DNA of 33,298 nucleotides from Octopus bimaculoides (lineage: Eukaryota): the NCBI RefSeq assembly GCF_001194135.2, contig NC_068990.1, forward strand, positions 21,375,858-21,409,155. Direction: 5' to 3'. Position numbers and translations under genes: made by a program. The notes under the pieces were generated by a model that saw only the letters and a list, made by a program, of their open reading frames with translations, did not search any database and was not told the DNA's origin. This document shows, piece after piece, positions 13,469 through 24,990 of this stretch. The stretch's first letter is position 1. Each line of letters begins with the position of its first letter.

Positions 13469-14340
13469 NNNNNNNNNNNNNNNNNNNNNNNNNNNNNNNN
13501 NNNNNNNNNNNNNNNNNNNNNNNNNNNNNNNNNNNNNNNNNNNNNNNNNNNNNNNNNNNNNNNNNNNNNNNNNNNNNNNNNNNNNNNNNNNNNNNNNNNN
13601 NNNNNNNNNNNNNNNNNNNNNNNNNNNNNNNNNNNNNNNNNNNNNNNNNNNNNNNNNNNNNNNNNNNNNNNNNNNNNNNNNNNNNNNNNNNNNNNNNNNN
13701 NNNNNNNNNNNNNNNNNNNNNNNNNNNNNNNNNNNNNNNNNNNNNNNNNNNNNNNNNNNNNNNNNNNNNNNNNNNNNNNNNNNNNNNNNNNNNNNNNNNN
13801 NNNNNNNNNNNNNNNNNNNNNNNNNNNNNNNNNNNNNNNNNNNNNNNNNNNNNNNNNNNNNNNNNNNNNNNNNNNNNNNNNNNNNNNNNNNNNNNNNNNN
13901 NNNNNNNNNNNNNNNNNNNNNNNNNNNNNNNNNNNNNNNNNNNNNNNNNNNNNNNNNNNNNNNNNNNNNNNNNNNNNNNNNNNNNNNNNNNNNNNNNNNN
14001 NNNNNNNNNNNNNNNNNNNNNNNNNNNNNNNNNNNNNNNNNNNNNNNNNNNNNNNNNNNNNNNNNNNNNNNNNNNNNNNNNNNNNNNNNNNNNNNNNNNN
14101 NNNNNNNNNNNNNNNNNNNNNNNNNNNNNNNNNNNNNNNNNNNNNNNNNNNNNNNNNNNNNNNNNNNNNNNNNNNNNNNNNNNNNNNNNNNNNNNNNNNN
14201 NNNNCTTTCTTTCATTGTGTTTTTTCTTTCTTCTTCCTACATAGAGGTCATCATAAGAAGAAGAAAAAAAAAGAAGGTACGGGACAAGAAGTAAAAGAAG
14301 AAAAAGTGAAAGCAGAACAACTAATAATAATAATAACAAC

Positions 14341-14436
<96 letters not shown>

Positions 14437-14440
14437 AATA
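12833..14440. repeat. (AAT)n, (TACA)n, (TA)n and (GAT)n microsatellites around gap 13469-14204
   Basis: Direct reading. Confidence 0.9.
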
Positions 14441-14913
14441 ATACAAGAAAATATGAAGGAAAAAAGAAGAAATGGAAAAAAGATTGGGATAATCTCACTT
14501 TTATTTTTCTTCTTTTACCTTTCTCATTTCCTAATCGTTATTTTTGCCTTTTATAGACCCTAATCCTATTATCCTCTACTCAGTTTCCTCCTCCTCCTCC
14601 TCCTAGTACTAGTACTACTACTACTACTGTGACGGCGAGAACGAACGACGACGATAAAGACGATTATGAATATGACGGGCCAGTGTGTAGAAGCCTTCTG
14701 ATCGGTTCCTCGACTTGCTCGAAATCGAAACCAAATCACCCTGAAATAACAGCGTAACGTTTTAAAATTGGAAAACACACATGAGATAATGTCGACCAGA
14801 ATAAAAGACGTGATGTTTTTTGAAATGTTTTTTTGACTATAGGATATCTCAATCATGAGTGTTCAAGGCTTAAACAACATAAAACATTAATATTTGTTGT
14901 AATAAACAAAAAA

Positions 14914-15127
14914 AGTGGTGAGATGGCACAATTGTTGAGCACGCGAGACAAAATGCTTACCGGCATTTCGTCCGCCTTTATGTTCTCAGTTCAAATTACG
15001 CCCAGGTTGACTTTATTTTTCGCCCTTTCAGGGTCGATAAAATATGTAGCAGTTGAGCATTGGGGCCAATGTAATCGATTTACTCCCTCACTCCGAAACT
15101 ACTGGCCTTGAGCCAAATTTTGACACT
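14914..15127 (+). mobile_element. SINE family A, full length
   Basis: Head GTGGTGAGATGGCACAATTG, B-box-like CAGTTCAAATT, centre CAGGGTCGATAAAAT, tail TGGCCTTGAGCCAAATTTTGAC. Confidence 0.85.
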
Positions 15128-15216
15128 AATATTACCTGTAAAAATGGCGGCGGACTTTTCTGGCTATGGCTACTACATGACGAAATCTTTAGGAAAAAGT
15201 TTTCATGCATCATATA

Positions 15217-15387
15217 GGCGCAGGAGTGGCTGTGTTGTAAGTAGCTTGCTTCCCAACTACATGGTTCTAGGCTCAGTCCCACTGCGTGGAAATTTGGGCA
15301 AGTGTTTTCTACTATAACGTCGGGCCGACCAAAACCTTGTGAGTGGATTTGGTGGACAGAAACTGAAAGACGCCCGTCATATATATA
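15217..15387 (+). mobile_element. SINE family B, 5' part (tRNA head plus CORE-like segment), running into (TA)n and a gap
   Basis: GGCGCAGGAGTGGCTGTG...CAGTCCCACTGCGTGGAAATTTGGGCAAGTGT; closely similar to 19883-20055. TTGGGCAAGT resembles the start of the CORE domain. Confidence 0.85.
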
Positions 15388-15646
15388 NNNNNNNNNNNNN
15401 NNNNNNNNNNNNNNNNNNNNNNNNNNNNNNNNNNNNNNNNNNNNNNNNNNNNNNNNNNNNNNNNNNNNNNNNNNNNNNNNNNNNNNNNNNNNNNNNNNNN
15501 NNNNNNNNNNNNNNNNNNNNNNNNNNNNNNNNNNNNNNNNNNNNNNNNNNNNNNNNNNNNNNNNNNNNNNNNNNNNNNNNNNNNNNNNNNNNNNNNNNNN
15601 NNNNNNNNNNNNNNNNNNNNNNNNNNNNNNNNNNNNNNNNNNNNNN

Positions 15647-15678
<32 letters not shown>

Positions 15679-16144
15679 GGCCACTTGGTTTTAAATTGAA
15701 TTAATATTCAATTTATCACCCTATCTATATAAATAATAATTTAAATCGTTATGTTCTCCAGCCGGCAACATATACTGCAGTGAATTATTCTCTTCAGAAT
15801 TGTTTCCGGAATTTTGCGCGCCGGAGCTGAGGCATTTTGAAAAATTACTCCAATATAATCGGTAGGACTGTATGCAAGTCTTATTTCATGAAGAAAATTC
15901 GTGTATAGTTCTGCAAATTATAGTGATTCTTGAAAGGTTGTGCTGACGAGAACGCGGATGTTATTACGTAAGTAAAGCGTTAATATTCGAAACTTCAGTA
16001 CACAACTATTTCTTTATTGCTCATTTTGTCCTGTTCTGGTGTTTTGCGAAATTTTTTTCTGGAGAACATTATTTTTCTTTGTGATTGGGTCGTTAATGAC
16101 CTCTTTCTAGCATATTGGATGTCCACCTAGTGGTCATCCCTTAT

Positions 16145-16149
16145 ACACG

Positions 16150-16223
<74 letters not shown>

Positions 16224-16452
16224 CGTGCGTGCATGTTTGTTATTTGTGTCTGTGTTTGTCCCCGCACCATTGCTTGACAACAGATGTTGGTTTGTTTACG
16301 TCACCGTAACTTAGCGGTTCGGCAAAAGAGACCGATTGAATAAGTACTAGGCTTACAAAGGATAAGTCCTGCGGTCGATTTGTTCGACCAAGGGTGGTGC
16401 TCCAGCATGGCCGAAGCCAAATGACTGAAACAAGTAAAACAATAAAAGAATG
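16145..16452 (+). mobile_element. Probable SINE family B 3' part, starting in its internal (TA)/(GT) microsatellite
   Basis: After (GT)n: TTTGTCCCCGCACCATTGCTTGACAAC...GACCGATTGAATAAGTACT...CCAGCATGGCC...TGAAACAAGTAAAACAATAAAAGA. Linkage to the family B head is from recalled octopus repeat structure and the GTAAAAGAG end at 20542. Confidence 0.7.
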
Positions 16453-17754
16453 TAATCTTTGACGCTGAATCCGAATTTGTTATTCATTTATTCCAGAGAA
16501 ATTTTGCGTAACTTTCAACCAATCAAAAATAGCGTGTTCGTTGCCTCTTCCATCATCTGTCACAGTAGCGAGAACCGTGGCGACAGCACCGGCATGTCAA
16601 AAACATTAAACTAGCTACTGTAAACAATGGAAAGCATTAAAAGAAGATTCACGAGCAAATTAATTATTTAAAAGCTACGAGCAAACCAACAGGNNNNNNN
16701 NNNNNNNNNNNNNNNNNNNNNNNNNNNNNNNNNNNNNNNNNNNNNNNNNNNNNNNNNNNNNNNNNNNNNNNNNNNNNNNNNNNNNNNNNNNNNNNNNNNN
16801 NNNNNNNNNNNNNNNNNNNNNNNNNNNNNNNNNNNNNNNNNNNNNNNNNNNNNNNNNNNNNNNNNNNNNNNNNNNNNNNNNNNNNNNNNNNNNNNNNNNN
16901 NNNNNNNNNNNNNNNNNNNNNNNNNNNNNNNNNNNNNNNNNNNNNNNNNNNNNNNNNNNNNNNNNNNNNNNNNNNNNNNNNNNNNNNNNNNNNNNNNNNN
17001 NNNNNNNNNNNNNNNNNNNNNNNNNNNNNNNNNNNNNNNNNNNNNNNNNNNNNNNNNNNNNNNNNNNNNNNNNNNNNNNNNNNNNNNNNNNNNNNNNNNN
17101 NNNNNNNNNNNNNNNNNNNNNNNNNNNNNNNNNNNNNNNNNNNNNNNNNNNNNNNNNNNNNNNNNNNNNNNNNNNNNNNNNNNNNNNNNNNNNNNNNNNN
17201 NNNNNNNNNNNNNNNNNNNNNNNNNNNNNNNNNNNNNNNNNNNNNNNNNNNNNNNNNNNNNNNNNNNNNNNNNNNNNNNNNNNNNNNNNNNNNNNNNNNN
17301 NNNNNNNNNNNNNNNNNNNNNNNNNNNNNNNNNNNNNNNNNNNNNNNNNNNNNNNNNNNNNNNNNNNNNNNNNNNNNNNNNNNNNNNNNNNNNNNNNNNN
17401 NNNNNNNNNNNNNNNNNNNNNNNNNNNNNNNNNNNNNNNNNNNNNNNNNNNNNNNNNNNNNNNNNNNNNNNNNNNNNNNNNNNNNNNNNNNNNNNNNNNN
17501 NNNNNNNNNNNNNNNNNNNNNNNNNNNNNNNNNNNNNNNNNNNNNNNNNNNNNNNNNNNNNNNNNNNNNNNNNNNNNNNNNNNNNACGGTGATGTGTAAA
17601 ATACCCTCTTCTAATTGGCTAAATTTTTAATTACGAATTTATAGGGAAAATGAAATTCATTTTCGTAATTAGTATACAAAACTTAATCCATATACCAAAT
17701 TTGGAAAGAATTTGAATAAAATTGTAAACGGTGACGATAACAACAAAAATCGAA

Positions 17755-17968
17755 GGCGGTAAGCTGGCAGAGTCGCTAGGCATGCTGGGTAAAATATTTA
17801 GCGAACATTTAGTCCGTCTTTACGTTCTGAGTTTAAATTCCGCCGAGGTCGACTTTGCCTTTCATCCTTTCGGGGTCGATAAAAAAAAGTACAGCATGAG
17901 TACTGGGGTCGATGTAACCGACTCAGCTCTTTCTCCGAAATTGCTGGCCTTGTACCGAAATTTGAAAG
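17755..17968 (+). mobile_element. SINE family A, full length
   Basis: Contains CCGCCGAGGTCGACTTTGCCTTTCATCCTTTCGGGGTCGATAAA, identical to the 31140 copy. Confidence 0.92.
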
Positions 17969-18739
17969 TAATAGTTGTAGTTATAACATCACTATGAGTA
18001 ACAATAGCGTACTGTTTGTAGTAATTGTGTCGCGATTTCTTGTCATTTTCACCTGTTTTCAAAATGCGAATTTTCCCTCTGCTGTAATAGCTACGATTTG
18101 TTCCAGGACAACCCACTTGTCTGAAACTTGAAGCACAAAATATTTTAAAATGAAAAGCAAAATTTGTCAGCATTAGTACATACATTAACCAACAAAACTG
18201 TGATTTGGGGATTTTAATTGTGTTTGTTGGAAGGTTTCGTAGGCTGATTTCTTAATATGGAAAATCGAAGCAAAGCCTGGCAATGACACTAAGAATGCGT
18301 GCAACAGAAATAAATATATATATAAAATGAATACTATTTAAAATATTGTTTCAAGAATATTGGTGATAACGTCGGATATCTGTCATGCTGTTGACGGCTA
18401 TTGAGGCAGAAACATGTTTCCATGGCTGTTGTTTTCTTATCTCCTGACAACAGACTTGTCCTGTTCCTTAACAGCATGTCAACGTTGGAAAATTCTCGAA
18501 TCTTGAGAACATATCGCCTTTGCACTCTTAATTGTTATTTGATAATTATAATATATCCTCTAAGAGCGGAGATAACATTTAATAAATCAAGAATTTATGT
18601 TTTATGTTATTTGATATACCTTTATTTGTCTACATAGTTCACATGCATGCCACTGGTCACTTCGAGATATTATTCTTAACTAACTTTTGTTTAAATTTCC
18701 ATATAATAGATATAGTCGATCGAATCGAAAACGAGTATA

Positions 18740-18895
18740 GAACGAGTACTTACTTCATCGATGATAGAGGATTGGAAAGCAAAGCTGCACCCAGCGGGAT
18801 ACAAACGCCAAACACAAAAAGGGTGTAACCAGAAACCCGAAAGTCATTTTATCAACGCGCTCTACCGTGTCACTCACTCACAACCTTATATAAAC
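18740..18895 (-). mobile_element. Highly degenerate SINE family A
   Basis: Plus-strand GGAAAGCAAAGCTGCACCCAGCGGGATACAAAC... resembles the reverse complement of the family A centre and head. Confidence 0.5.
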
Positions 18896-20059
18896 CTAAT
18901 TATAATGACAATAGGACGGCCAAACACGTCAATAAAAGCTATCGCCCTATATTTCTTTCACTGTAAAAAGCAAAAGACATAAACTGTGAGCATAAATAGA
19001 AAAGATATCATATTAAGGTGTTTACAATGTCTAACCAGATATTTGAAACTATTTTCTTTTCACGAGATAAGCTGTTTAAAATTCTATGTTGTAATATAAC
19101 TCCTAAACTTCCATTTTATAAGTTATTCAGCTATGACGTACCAAATCAACAGGTTTTTTTTTTTCATAGCACTCGACAACAACTGCACACAATTCGATAT
19201 GCGTGCTTTTTTTCTTCTCATTTTCACACTTTTTATGTTCTTTTGTTTGTTGTTATTGTGTTGCTAGTAGTAAATAAACACCTAAGAAACATAAAAGAAG
19301 GTCACAGCTTGAGCTATGCTATAAGCTGAAAATCACTTTTACTTTTGTCACCAAATGTTACTGGTTAAAAAGCTAAAGTTTCACTTTAATCCACGTATAT
19401 TTTCCAACATTAGTGGTATTCTATTGAGATTTCAGTTCATGGAAACTAGCAAATATCAATCCATTGATTGAAACTAAATTCACGGAAAGTGACGAATAGA
19501 ACTCACAGAAAGTAATCAACGCTCAATCAAAACAGATTAACACCAATTCTTAGGAAATAGTGAAACAAACATTCACAAAGCTGATAGCCATTAAAACATG
19601 GAAACTGCTGGAGAACATTCTACGAAATGTAGCCGACATTAATTCACGAAAGTGGTGAATCTCAATCTACGAAAATTAGACAACATTCCTTTAAAAATAA
19701 TTGGTCAGAATAAAAAAAATATAGATATATAGAGTATAGCGAATATATACAAAGAGCTAGATGTGCTCTATCTAAGATGCTTCAGAGAGATTCTGAGACC
19801 ATACTGGCAATGAAGACTTTCTAAAGGAGCCAATACTAGATTACTTTACGAAATCATCACACAACGAGAATTAAAACTAACAGGCGAAGGAGTGGCTGTG
19901 TGGTAAGTAGCTTGCTTACCAACCAGATGGTCACATGGTTCCGGGTTCAGTCCCACTGCGTAGCACATTGGGCAAGTGTCTTCTACTAAAAGCCTCGAGC
20001 CGACCAAAGCCTTGCGAGTAGATTTGGTAGACGGAAACTGAATGAAGCCCGTCGTATAT

Positions 20060-20225
20060 ATGTATTCTCCGTGTTTTTCTCCTTGTCTCCGTATTCTTTC
20101 TGTTGAAGAGCGTAGCTCGAAACGTCAAAGACTTTCCGTATTCCCGAGCGTCATACTAATATATACTTTTGTTATTTACACCACCTGTCCTCGTCTGTTG
20201 TTATTATGTGTATATTCTCCCATAT
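20060..20225 (+). mobile_element. Short non-autonomous element (Penelope-like pLTR or retrozyme-like); further copies at ~23190-23395 and ~26750-26900
   Basis: Three related copies share GAAGAGCGTAG...TCGAA...AGACTTT...TTCCCGAG(C/A)...ACTAATA. The 20 kb and 23 kb copies are bounded by (TA)n. Confidence 0.75.
20095..20131 (+). ncRNA. Minimal type I hammerhead-ribozyme-like motif with A6U core variant
   Basis: Stem I TCTTT/AAAGA; core CTGTTGA (consensus CUGANGA); extra A; stem II GAGC-GTA-GCTC; GAAA; palindromic ACGT in place of stem III; putative GUC cleavage triplet ending 20126. Confidence 0.5.
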
Positions 20226-20692
20226 ATATNNNNNNNNNNNNNNNNNNNNNNNNNNNNNNNNNNNNNNNNNNNNNNNNNNNNNNNNNNNNNNNNNNNNNNN
20301 NNNNNNNNNNNNNNNNNNNNNNNNNNNNNNNNNNNNNNNNNNNNNNNNNNNNNNNNNNNNNNNNNNNNNNNNNNNNNNNNNNNNNNNNNNNNNNNNNNNN
20401 NNNNNNNNNNNNNNNNNNNNNNNNNNNNNNNNNNNNNNNNNNNNNNNNNNNNNNNNNNNNNNNNNNNNNNNNNNNNNNNNNNNNNNNNNNNNNNNNNNNN
20501 NNNNNNNNNNNNNNNNNNNNNNNNNNNNNNNNNNNNNNNNNGTAAAAGAGTAAAAAGAGAGCTTATATACTCCGGCTACCAAAATAACGCCATTCTAAAA
20601 TAGATTTCAAATGGACAGTAATCGGAGAAGGAAAAGAAAGATTGAGAGATGGTGTGCGCGCGTGGGAGATAGATAGATATATAGATAGATAC

Positions 20693-20745
<53 letters not shown>

Positions 20746-20842
20746 ATGAAAACTGCATGGTGCAGAACATTCATAACTGACAAGAGAGGAGGGGCAATAT
20801 CACATGAGCAGATGTAAAGAAAACTGCAGCCAACCGAATCCG

Positions 20843-20870
20843 GTGACGTCACTTGACGTCAGTGAGCTCA
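20843..20870. promoter_or_regulatory. Tandem CRE cluster: TGACGTCA x2 plus TGAGCTCA
   Basis: Perfect CRE palindromes at 20844-20851 and 20854-20861, and a variant palindrome at 20863-20870. Confidence 0.45.
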
Positions 20871-21206
20871 AGAGCAGAGGAGGAACTGATATTAATAATG
20901 GTAGAGTAAGATGGGCAACTACTTTTTTGATGTTGTTATTTTTTAAATTAAAGATCAAGTGGGTAAGCCGGAATATGAACAAATCACTTGTCATAGACGA
21001 AATTTGGTGAGTCAGTAGGTGTGACTATGATTTTGTTCGACTTGCTGAATTTAGTAGATAAATTTCCCTCACATCATATACCACAGCTATAACGGGAACG
21101 AGCAGACTGGACAATATTGTCCTGGATGCATACGGCTAGGAAGAAACAACGGTGGAATTGTCACCCCTGGACTGCCTTTGATCGAAACTCTACTGGACGG
21201 TGGATT

Positions 21207-21577
21207 TTGTTGTTGGCACTCCGTCGCGGGTTCCAGTTGATCCGATCAACAGAACAGCCTGCTCGTGAAATTAACGTGCAAGTGGCTGAGCACTCCACAG
21301 ACACATGTACCCTTAACGTAGTTCTCGGAGATATTCAGGGTGACACAGAGTGTGACAAGGCTGACCCTTTGAATTACAGGCACAACAGAAACAGGAAGTA
21401 AGAGTGAGAGAAAGTTGTGGTGAAAGAGTACAGCAGGGTTCGCTACCATCCCCTGCCGGAGCCTCGTGGAGCTTTAGGTGTTTTCGCTCAATAAACACTC
21501 ACAACGTCCGGTCTGGGAATGGAAACCGCGATTCTATGACCGCGAGTCCGCTGCCCTAACCACTGGGCCATTGCGCC
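21207..21577 (-). mobile_element. SINE family C, intact (tRNA head, body, shared 3' tail ending in (CAA)n)
   Basis: Minus-strand head GGCGCAATGGCCCAGTGGTTAGGGCAG (A box) and GGTTTCCATTCCC (B box). 19-bp TSD CTCTACTGG(AC/TT)GGTGGATT at 21188-21206 and 21577-21595. Confidence 0.92.
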
Positions 21578-22241
21578 TCTACTGGTTGGTGGATTATCCA
21601 TGCTTTATTAACAACAAAAACATAACAGCAGCAGCAGCACTACCAACAGCATCGGTAGCAACAACAACAACAGCAACTGTAGCAGCAATAACAGTAAGGT
21701 TAACGTCAGTGGGTACATGGTAGATGCATAGAACGATCACGGGCAATCTTTATACGTAGAAGATGTCAATTGATATGAATTGAGACAAGGTACAAAAGAA
21801 TTTCAATATCGTTGTCGTCGTGGATATTGGATAGAAACAAAGCTGATCGACTCCCTTGTCATGCTGTAATTTCGCTAACACCACAAGTTAGCAAAGTCTT
21901 AATCCGCACTTTTCCAATATCTATACACGATATTAAGAGTGTTGAAGAGCAATAGAGAGAGGAGATGATAAATTCTGCCTACATTTTATCATTTTTCAAA
22001 GTGTACAGCACTTTAAAGAACTATTTTCAAAAAAAATATTATACGGTGCTTGTCTGAGATTAACGATTATTATTTTCATAATAATTAATAAAGGTGAAGC
22101 TATTTTATATGAAAAATATGATGTACATACGCACATACATAGGCATACATACATACATATAGTCTTACATTAGTGTAAGTATCTAAATATGCATAAATAT
22201 ATATATATATGTATATATAAATATATACATGTATATATATT

Positions 22242-22304
<63 letters not shown>

Positions 22305-22960
22305 NNNNNNNNNNNNNNNNNNNNNNNNNNNNNNNNNNNNNNNNNNNNNNNNNNNNNNNNNNNNNNNNNNNNNNNNNNNNNNNNNNNNNNNNNNNNNNNN
22401 NNNNNNNNNNNNNNNNNNNNNNNNNNNNNNNNNNNNNNNNNNNNNNNNNNNNNNNNNNNNNNNNNNNNNNNNNNNNNNNNNNNNNNNNNNNNNNNNNNNN
22501 NNNNNNNNNNNNNNNNNNNNNNNNNNNNNNNNNNNNNNNNNNNNNNNNNNNNNNNNNNNNNNNNNNNNNNNNNNNNNNNNNNNNNNNNNNNNNNNNNNNN
22601 NNNNNNNNNNNNNNNNNNNNNNNNNNNNNNNNNNNNNNNNNNNNNNNNNNNNNNNNNNNNNNNNNNNNNNNNNNNNNNNNNNNNNNNNNNNNNNNNNNNN
22701 NNNNNNNNNNNNNNNNNNNNNNNNNNNNNNNNNNNNNNNNNNNNNNNNNNNNNNNNNNNNNNNNNNNNNNNNNNNNNNNNNNNNNNNNNNNNNNNNNNNN
22801 NNNNNNNNNNNNNNNNNNNNNNNNNNNNNNNNNNNNNNNNNNNNNNNNNNNNNNNNNNNNNNNNNNNNNNNNNNNNNNNNNNNNNNNNNNNNNNNNNNNN
22901 NNNNNNNNNNNNNNNNNNNNNNNNNNNNNNNNNNNNNNNNNNNNNNNNNNNNNNNNNNNN

Positions 22961-23001
<41 letters not shown>

Positions 23002-23189
23002 CATATAAGATATCTGTTCATAGCCATGAACCATTTTTCGTCAAGTTTCAACATGTTCCAAAAATTTAAAAATCTAACATTAATGGGTAAGACCTATTTG
23101 ACGAAAAAATGAACAGTGTCTAGTAGCGAACCCGTGTCGTCGTCATTTTTGTGCATATATATATCTATATATATATCTATATATACATC

Positions 23190-23395
23190 TGTCCGGCATA
23201 CGCCATGATAGATCGTTAGCCACTAAACCTTTTTCTATTTTCTTTTCCTATTTATTTCTGTGCTCCATTTTGTCGAAGAGCGTAGTTTCGAACCGTGTAG
23301 ACTTTCTCACTTCCCGAGCGTTAAACTAATACATCTGTTTGTTGTTTACACACCCATCTCCGTCTTTTGTTGTGTTTTTTTTTTGTAAATTCTAT
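23190..23395 (+). mobile_element. Second copy of the hammerhead-like short element (degenerate core TTGTCGA)
   Basis: TTTTGTCGAAGAGCGTAGTTTCGAACCGTGTAGACTTTCTCACTTCCCGAGCGTTAAACTAATAC, between (TA)n tracts. Confidence 0.72.
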
Positions 23396-23456
23396 ATAAA
23401 TATACATATATGTATATATACATATATATATATACGTATATATACATATATATACA

Positions 23457-23488
<32 letters not shown>

Positions 23489-23543
23489 CGTATATATACA
23501 TATATATACATATGTATACTCTTTTACTCTTATAGACATATGT

Positions 23544-23585
<42 letters not shown>

Positions 23586-23762
23586 NNNNNNNNNNCTACA
23601 AGTTACTTATTTCTGTTATAAACGTTTTAGAAAAGCAAGCGTATTTAGGGAATATAGAGCTTGACATACAAGATGGATAGTCACGGTAGGAAGGCGTTCA
23701 TCATAAGTATTCTGAAGCTTGATTGACAAATAATATTTCTGTCTAACGACAACTTCTCAATC

Positions 23763-24020
23763 CCAGGGTTTCTCAACCCTTCCTCTGTCATTCATTCTTA
23801 CGGTTTGATGTATTTTTAACGTTTTGCCATATACCCCAATACAGAAATATATATTCTCATATTTATAAAATCTAATGATTTTGCTAAACCGCTGTCTTTA
23901 AAGTAGTGTGTTAGTAGTAATATGACATTATTAAAAATAGTTTGATATTTTAAACAAAAATTTGCTTATTAAAAATCAGGGCTGTAGGAGTGTACCTATA
24001 TAAGGGTGTGGGAAACAAAG
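23763..24020 (+). mobile_element. Possible degenerate hAT-type MITE
   Basis: The 5' end CAGGGTTTCTCAACC resembles hAT/Charlie-type termini; the right terminus is only weakly similar. Confidence 0.3.
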
Positions 24021-24221
24021 CGAATAAGCTTCACACAAAGTATTGTTTAAGTTATAGGTGTGTTCTCACTAAGTAATAAACGTAGTTCAATGAAATGTAA
24101 TAATATTTTAAAGTATTCTTTTTCAACAACACGTAAATTAAATTATTCAAGCAAATAATTCTGCTCAAATACACTTACATACATTCATGCTATATATAAA
24201 TTATCGTTTTTTTATTGTTAA

Positions 24222-24713
24222 GGCGGTGAGCTGGAAAAATCGTTACCACGCCGGACAGAGCGCATACCAGCATTCGTCCCATCTTTCGTTCTGAGTTCAA
24301 ATTCCATCGAGGTCAACTTAACATTTTATCTTTTCGAAGTCGATAGAATATGTGCCTAGGGTTAAGGTATTTTATTGACTCGCTCCCTTCAAAATTTCAG
24401 GCCTTGTACGTGTTGTAGAAAATATTATTATTATTATTATTATTATTATAATTATTATTATTATTATCACCATTTCTAAGGCGGCATCTGGCAGAATCGT
24501 TGGCACGTCGGGCAAAATTCTTAGCGGCATTTCGTCCGTTTTTACATTCTGAGTTCAAATTCCGTCGAATTCGATTTTGCCTTTCATTTCTTTTGGGGTC
24601 GATGAACTAAATACCAGTTAGGCGCTAGGTTCAACGTAATCTACAAGCCCCCTCCCCTGAAATTACAGGCCTTGTGCCTACAGTAGAAAGGATTATTATT
24701 ATTGTTATTATTA

Positions 24714-24757
<44 letters not shown>

Positions 24758-24990
24758 GTTTGCTATTGTTGATAATGTTGTGACTACGATCTCAAGTCCC
24801 GTCGATGTTAACTTCTATCCTGTTGAGGTCGATAAAATAAAGTACCAGAAACAGATTAGGGCCGTTGTAATCGAGTAAACCCCTTTTTTTCTAAATTTCT
24901 GATCTGAAAGAATTATTATTATTGTAATTCTTAATAAGGCGGTGAGCTGAAAGGATCGATAGCACTCCGGACAAAGTGCATAGGGTCGTG
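24222..24990 (+). mobile_element. Cluster of SINE family A copies (24222-24421, 24480-24691, ~24785-24905, head at 24938-24990) separated by (ATT)n
   Basis: Repeated AAGGCGG(T/C)GAGCTGG-like heads, CTGAGTTCAAATTCC and TCAGGCCTTGT tails running into (ATT)n. Confidence 0.85.

Larger units (their letters stand above)
19883..20560 (+). mobile_element. SINE family B, interrupted at its internal (TA)n by a hammerhead-like element and a gap
   Basis: Head at 19883-20055 (GGTTCCGGGTTCAGTCCC B-box region). GTAAAAGAGTAAAAAGAG terminus at 20542-20560. Confidence 0.8.

Noticed and set aside
14600-14750. Open frames next to a CCT/ACT repeat on both strands
   Set aside because: Partly low complexity; no supporting splice pair.
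15141-15200. AAAATGGCGGC YY1/start-like motif (MAADFSGYGYY...)
   Set aside because: Short island between two SINEs, with no CpG-rich context and no independent donor.
15762-15967. Protein-like frames on both strands (plus ELFPEFCAPELRHFEKLLQYN, minus LYTNFLHEIRLAYSPTDYIG) and a strong plus donor at 15968
   Set aside because: Plus-strand phases do not join without a stop and the strand cannot be decided; it needs RNA-seq.
17628-17671. Nested short inverted repeats and a CCAAT-like motif, weakly mirrored at ~16510-16530
   Set aside because: AT-rich short arms beside a gap; probably a DNA-element remnant or chance.
18055-18122. Minus exon-like segment QVGCPGTNRSYYSRGKIRILKT, loosely like an integrin FG-GAP motif
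   Set aside because: Similarity too weak. A phase-compatible join to 31951-31984 and ~15910 gave no recognisable protein.
21500-21577. tRNA genes at SINE heads (also ~5830-5897 and ~26480-26549)
   Set aside because: A and B boxes are present but there is no complete cloverleaf, and each continues into a SINE body.
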